From contig JBFGLM010000001.1 of NCBI GenBank assembly GCA_041576165.1, positions 1 through 64,000 of the forward strand: a stretch of DNA of 64,000 nt, written 5' to 3'. Made by a program: the position numbers and the translations under genes. Position 1 is the first letter of the stretch. Every line of letters starts with the position of its first letter. Below are positions 59,945 through 64,000 of this stretch, piece by piece. The notes beneath the pieces are model-generated. The model did no database searches and was not told the origin of the DNA. It worked only from the letters and a program-made list of their open reading frames with translations. Origin of the DNA: Acidimicrobiia bacterium. Its GTDB lineage: Bacteria > Actinomycetota > Acidimicrobiia > Spongiisociales > Spongiisociaceae.

Positions 59945-60574
59945 TCACACGGTGAAGGACTCGCCCCACCCGAGTGGAACGAATTCGATTTCCGACTGGT
60001 CCAAAACGCCCTTGGCCATCCCGTAGAAGAAATCGCGGGCCTGATCCGTCAGGTAGAAGTCGTGGATCGGGATGACCTGGCGCGGTGCCAGTCGCAGCGC
60101 AAACTCCACCGACCCACGCATCGTTCCCCAGGGCATGATCAGTGGCAGGGCCAGCACGGCAGCGGCCGTCGTGGGCTCGTGGCTGTCCCCGGGATGAGTG
60201 AATACGTCGTCCACGGTGTAGGCCCGATTGGGGACGGTCGTACCGTTCGGCAAGATGCCATGGTCGCAGTCCTCGCTGCTCACTCCTTCGGGATCGGAGG
60301 TATGCGCCTCGATGCCGGCCTCGCGCAGAATCTGCGCTACCGCGTCGTTGCAGTGCACCGTGAGGTCCTGGGACCGATCCAGCAACCACGCGACGAAGTC
60401 GGACGACACGTGGTCCATGTGCTCATGGCTGATACACACCCTCTGAACGGCCCCGATCGAGTCGAGGTCGACCTGACCCGAGGTGAACGTGAAGAAGCCC
60501 GGGTCGTGCAGGGTGGCGCCCCGGTCGGTGGTGACCAGGACACAGGAATCCGCAAGGCGGCGAATGGTCGTCAT
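59945..60574 (-). CDS. MBL-fold metallo-hydrolase
   Basis: DPG, SHEHMDH, HPGDS, PIHD. Confidence 0.85.
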   Translation of the reverse strand: MTTIRRLADSCVLVTTDRGATLHDPGFFTFTSGQVDLDSIGAVQRVCISHEHMDHVSSDFVAWLLDRSQDLTVHCNDAVAQILREAGIEAHTSDPEGVSSEDCDHGILPNGTTVPNRAYTVDDVFTHPGDSHEPTTAAAVLALPLIMPWGTMRGSVEFALRLAPRQVIPIHDFYLTDQARDFFYGMAKGVLDQSEIEFVPLGWGESFTV

Positions 60575-60655
60575 GCCCGTCGAACCTAGCGGACGCGGCC
60601 AGCGGCGATGGTCGATCGCTGTAGTCACCAGCCCGGATTGCCGATCATCAGACCG

Positions 60656-61747
60656 ATGGAAGAAGGTCCCAAGCTCCACGCGGTATGGCTTCTCTGGCTG
60701 GCGACGGGCGGTGTGCTCGTCTGGCTGGCGTGGTCCCATGTCGCATGGCGCGCCCAACCGACCCACGAACTCGACATCCTGGTCTTCGACGTAACCGTGG
60801 CCGATGACGGCTACAGGGAGCACCAGGTGATCGGCAGCGTGCTCGAGCATCGCCGAATCCCCTACGATCTGGGCGCCGACCACGTCGGGGCCGCTCCCGG
60901 TGGTAGCCCGCATGGCCGCTGGCCTGCGCGGCACCCCGACCTCATCATCCTCGCAGACGGGTACGGCGTATACACCGACGATCAGGGCCGGATCGACGAT
61001 CTCGGCAGCAACCTGGTGTCGGCGGTCCTGACCGATGAACAGGCCGCCGACCTCCACGCCTGGATCGCGGACGGTGTGCCGGCGTACGCCGAGTTCGCCA
61101 CCATCCCCACCCCGACCCCCCGTACCGCTTCAGAGTTGCTCCAGACGGCCTTCGGGGTCAATGCAACCGGCTGGCTCGGTCATGCAGTGGAGGACCTGGC
61201 TGAGCTGAGCCCCCGCCTCAAGAGCCTCGGCCCCCAGCCCTGGCCTCATGAGGGCCCCGGCTTCATCTTCGTCACCACCCGGGCCGGCGATGCCGAGCCC
61301 GCGCCGCAGCTAGTCGTGCTGTCCGAACCAGAGCTGGATGCGCTATACCCGAGCTTCACCGGTCGGCCTGCCGGGGGCCGCGGCGAGGCCGCTCCATTCG
61401 CCGGCTGGTTTGAACTCATCACACCCGACGACGACGTCACAGTGGATGCCTGGCTGGAGCTGCCTGTCAACCCGGCAGGCAAGGGGAAACTCGACGCGGC
61501 CGGCCTCCCGGTCCGCTGGCCCGCCGTCATTCGGGGTGAAACAACCATGTATGTCGTCGGAGATCTCCTGGAGAACACCACCGACCTCACCTTCAAACAG
61601 TTCACGCCGGCCGCAGGGCTCACCTACTGGCTGATGCCGCAAGAAGATTCTGCGGCCTTCCACCAGATCCTGCTGCCGGCCCTCGACCGCACCATCGATC
61701 TGGCCGTTGCCCGGGCCTCGGACGGGACTGCGCAGGTCAGCCGCTAG
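60656..61747 (+). CDS. Membrane-anchored hypothetical protein
   Basis: N-terminal TM followed by a soluble domain (D.TV....YREH, ADGYGVY). Confidence 0.65.
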   Translation: MEEGPKLHAVWLLWLATGGVLVWLAWSHVAWRAQPTHELDILVFDVTVADDGYREHQVIGSVLEHRRIPYDLGADHVGAAPGGSPHGRWPARHPDLIILADGYGVYTDDQGRIDDLGSNLVSAVLTDEQAADLHAWIADGVPAYAEFATIPTPTPRTASELLQTAFGVNATGWLGHAVEDLAELSPRLKSLGPQPWPHEGPGFIFVTTRAGDAEPAPQLVVLSEPELDALYPSFTGRPAGGRGEAAPFAGWFELITPDDDVTVDAWLELPVNPAGKGKLDAAGLPVRWPAVIRGETTMYVVGDLLENTTDLTFKQFTPAAGLTYWLMPQEDSAAFHQILLPALDRTIDLAVARASDGTAQVSR

Positions 61748-61777
61748 CCTCGCACTGACCTGCGGCAGGGAGCAGCA

Positions 61778-63226
61778 TTGACCGCCGATATCGGGCTGAT
61801 CGGTCTGGCCGTGATGGGCCAGAACCTGGTCCTCAACATGGCCGACCACGGTTACACCGTGGCCGTGTACAACCGCACAACCGAACGGGTCGACGAGTTC
61901 CTTGCCGGCCCTGCGGCTGAAGCCAGCGTGATCGGCACCCACTCGCTCGAGGAGCTCGTCGCCAGCCTCGCCGGCCCCCGCCGCATAATGCTCATGGTGC
62001 GGGCCGGTCCGGCCGTGGACCGCGTGATCGGGCAACTCGAGCCTTTGCTCGACCCCGGTGACATCATCATCGACGGCGGCAACTCCCATTTCGCCGACAC
62101 GCGACGGCGCACGCAACAACTCGAAGCAAACGGCCTGGCGTTCATCGGGACCGGGGTTTCCGGCGGCGAAGAAGGTGCTCGCCACGGTCCCTCCCTGATG
62201 CCGGGCGGGACCCTGTCGGCCTGGGCCCACGTCGGTCCCATCTTGCAATCGATTGCCGCCAGGACCGCCGACGGTTCGCCGTGCTGCGAGTGGGTCGGCT
62301 CCGACGGAGCCGGGCATTTCGTGAAGATGGTGCACAACGGGATCGAGTACGGCGACATGCAAGTGATCGCCGAGGCCTACCACCTGATGCGAGCCGGGCT
62401 CGTCATGACGAACGCCCAAATGGCCGAAACATTTCGCGGATGGGCAGACGGCGCCCTGGATTCGTACCTGATCGACATCACCGCCGACATCCTCGGTTTC
62501 GTTGACGACGACGGGACCGAGACGATCGACGTGATCCTGGACGCCGCAGGCCAAAAGGGCACCGGCAAATGGACGGCGGTGACGGCGCTCGAAGTGGGCC
62601 AGCCCGTCACACTGGTCGCTGAAGCAGTCTTCGCCCGCATCGTATCCGCTCTCAAAGAGGAGCGGGTGGCGGCGGCCGCCGAGGTCGGGCAGGAGATCAC
62701 CCGCCTCGACGTCGAGCCCGGGTCATTCACCAGCGCAATCTACGATGCGCTCTATGCATCCAAGATCGTCTCGTACGCACAGGGCTTCATGCTGATGCGA
62801 GCCGCCGCCGCAGAATACGACTGGGATTTGGACTACGGGGCGATCGCCCGGCTGTGGCGCGAAGGCGCGATCATTAAGGCCCGTTTCCTCGACGACATCG
62901 CCGACGCCTTTGCCCGCAACAATCACCTCACCAGCCTGATTCTCGACCCGTTCTTTCGAGAGGCGCTGGCCACGGCCGAGCCGGGCTGGCGCACGGTGGT
63001 CGCCACGGCTGCGCAGGAAGGGATCCCAGTTCCTGCATACGGAACTGCGCTCGCGTTTTACGACGCATACCGCACGGCTCGGCTCCCGGCCAACCTGATC
63101 CAGGCTCAGCGGGACTACTTCGGAGCGCACACCTACGAGCGCGTTGACCATCCCCGCGGCGAGCACTTCCACACCAACTGGACGGGCGAAGGCGGTGCCA
63201 CAACCGCCGGCAGTTACAGCGCCTGA
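61778..63226 (+). CDS. gnd: NADP-dependent 6-phosphogluconate dehydrogenase (decarboxylating)
   Basis: GLAVMGQNL, GVSGGEEGA, KMVHNGIEYGDMQ, QKGTGKWT, QAQRDYFGAH. Confidence 0.96.
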   Translation: MTADIGLIGLAVMGQNLVLNMADHGYTVAVYNRTTERVDEFLAGPAAEASVIGTHSLEELVASLAGPRRIMLMVRAGPAVDRVIGQLEPLLDPGDIIIDGGNSHFADTRRRTQQLEANGLAFIGTGVSGGEEGARHGPSLMPGGTLSAWAHVGPILQSIAARTADGSPCCEWVGSDGAGHFVKMVHNGIEYGDMQVIAEAYHLMRAGLVMTNAQMAETFRGWADGALDSYLIDITADILGFVDDDGTETIDVILDAAGQKGTGKWTAVTALEVGQPVTLVAEAVFARIVSALKEERVAAAAEVGQEITRLDVEPGSFTSAIYDALYASKIVSYAQGFMLMRAAAAEYDWDLDYGAIARLWREGAIIKARFLDDIADAFARNNHLTSLILDPFFREALATAEPGWRTVVATAAQEGIPVPAYGTALAFYDAYRTARLPANLIQAQRDYFGAHTYERVDHPRGEHFHTNWTGEGGATTAGSYSA

Positions 63227-64000
63227 TGACGGCCCCGAACGGAGCAATGACTGTGGCCGGCGTGACCGTGCGCCCCGCAACGCGCAAGACCTTCGAACTC
63301 GACGTGGCACGGTTGCCGACCGGAACGATGGAGTCGATAACGGTGTCGGTCATCAACGGCAGACACTCGGGTCCCCGAGTGTGGCTGAGTGGCGCCATCC
63401 ACGGTGATGAGCTGAATGGGATCGAGATCGTGCGCGAGCTCGTCGAGCGTATCGACCCCAAGAGTCTGCACGGCTCGGTTGTGGCCGTCCCCGTCGTCAA
63501 CGTTTTCGGATTCCTGACCGGGTCGCGCTATCTGCCCGACGGTCGTGACCTCAACCGCTCGTTTCCGGGCTCCAAACGGGGCTCGATGGCAGCCCGGCTC
63601 GCCTACATGTTCATGAAAGAAATCGTGGAGGGCTGCGATGTCGGGATCGACTTCCACACGGCGTCTGCCCAGCGCACCAATCTCCCTCAGGTGCGAGCCG
63701 ACCTCAGCGATCCGGAAACGGTTGAGCTCGCCCACAGCTTCGGCGCCCCGTTTGCGATCAACGCCAAACTGCGCGATGGGTCGATTCGAGAAGCGGCGAC
63801 GTCGCGTGGGATCAAGGTGCTGCTCTACGAGGCGGGCCAGATCATGCGTTTCGAGGCCGAAGCCATCCGGGTGGGGGTGGACGGCGCCCTCCGGGTGCTC
63901 CGGCATCTCGGATGCGGAGAATGGTCGACCCCACCCGGCGCCGACCCGATCGAGATTCACAAGACCCGTTGGGTCCGGGCCAGCCGAGCGGGCGTCGCCA
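63226..64000 (+). CDS. Succinylglutamate desuccinylase/aspartoacylase (M14) family protein, truncated by the window end
   Basis: Manual translation: ATG overlapping the gnd TGA; GAIHGDELNG, DLNRSFPG, DFHT, YEAG. Confidence 0.88.
   Translation, partial: MTAPNGAMTVAGVTVRPATRKTFELDVARLPTGTMESITVSVINGRHSGPRVWLSGAIHGDELNGIEIVRELVERIDPKSLHGSVVAVPVVNVFGFLTGSRYLPDGRDLNRSFPGSKRGSMAARLAYMFMKEIVEGCDVGIDFHTASAQRTNLPQVRADLSDPETVELAHSFGAPFAINAKLRDGSIREAATSRGIKVLLYEAGQIMRFEAEAIRVGVDGALRVLRHLGCGEWSTPPGADPIEIHKTRWVRASRAGVA

Noticed and set aside
4-63960. Many long antisense or alternate-frame ORFs in the track (e.g. 4-1011, 1392-2504, 21670-23172, 41858-43648, 57435-58877, 63214-63960)
   Set aside because: Shadow ORFs expected at high GC; each overlaps a well-supported gene and lacks family motifs

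Overview
GC-rich bacterial chromosomal segment, most consistent with an actinobacterium (Acidimicrobiia-like): it carries a fused Kgd/SucA, a PpgK-type ROK kinase, a MutT1-like NUDIX-phosphatase, an LPxTG protein and an SLH-type protein. The left half (1-31 kb) is mostly housekeeping: pfkA, ldhA, an MMPL transporter, a collapsed pdhA/pdhB pseudogene, tldD/pmbA, kgd, a HerA-like ATPase, a sigma-70 factor, ctaA, an SLC12-like transporter and a cysteine synthase/CBS-family enzyme. The middle (31-35 kb) is rich in small, easily missed elements: a structured minus-strand transcript that begins with a 17-nt complement of the 16S rRNA 3' end and contains repeat arrays, several small ORFs, tRNA-Sec (selC) with a decayed integrase/MazEF island behind it, and a GroES-like mini-protein upstream of hflX. 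The right part (38.7-59.8 kb) is a surface-polysaccharide locus with unusual add-ons: an FAAL-like ligase, a chorismate pyruvate-lyase and a PaaK-like CoA ligase, three GNAT domains, two deacetylases, and a Wzc-like co-polymerase whose kinase motifs are degenerate and which ends in a domain resembling the C-terminus of the BREX methyltransferase PglX. All calls come from reading the sequence and recalled family motifs; no database search was run.
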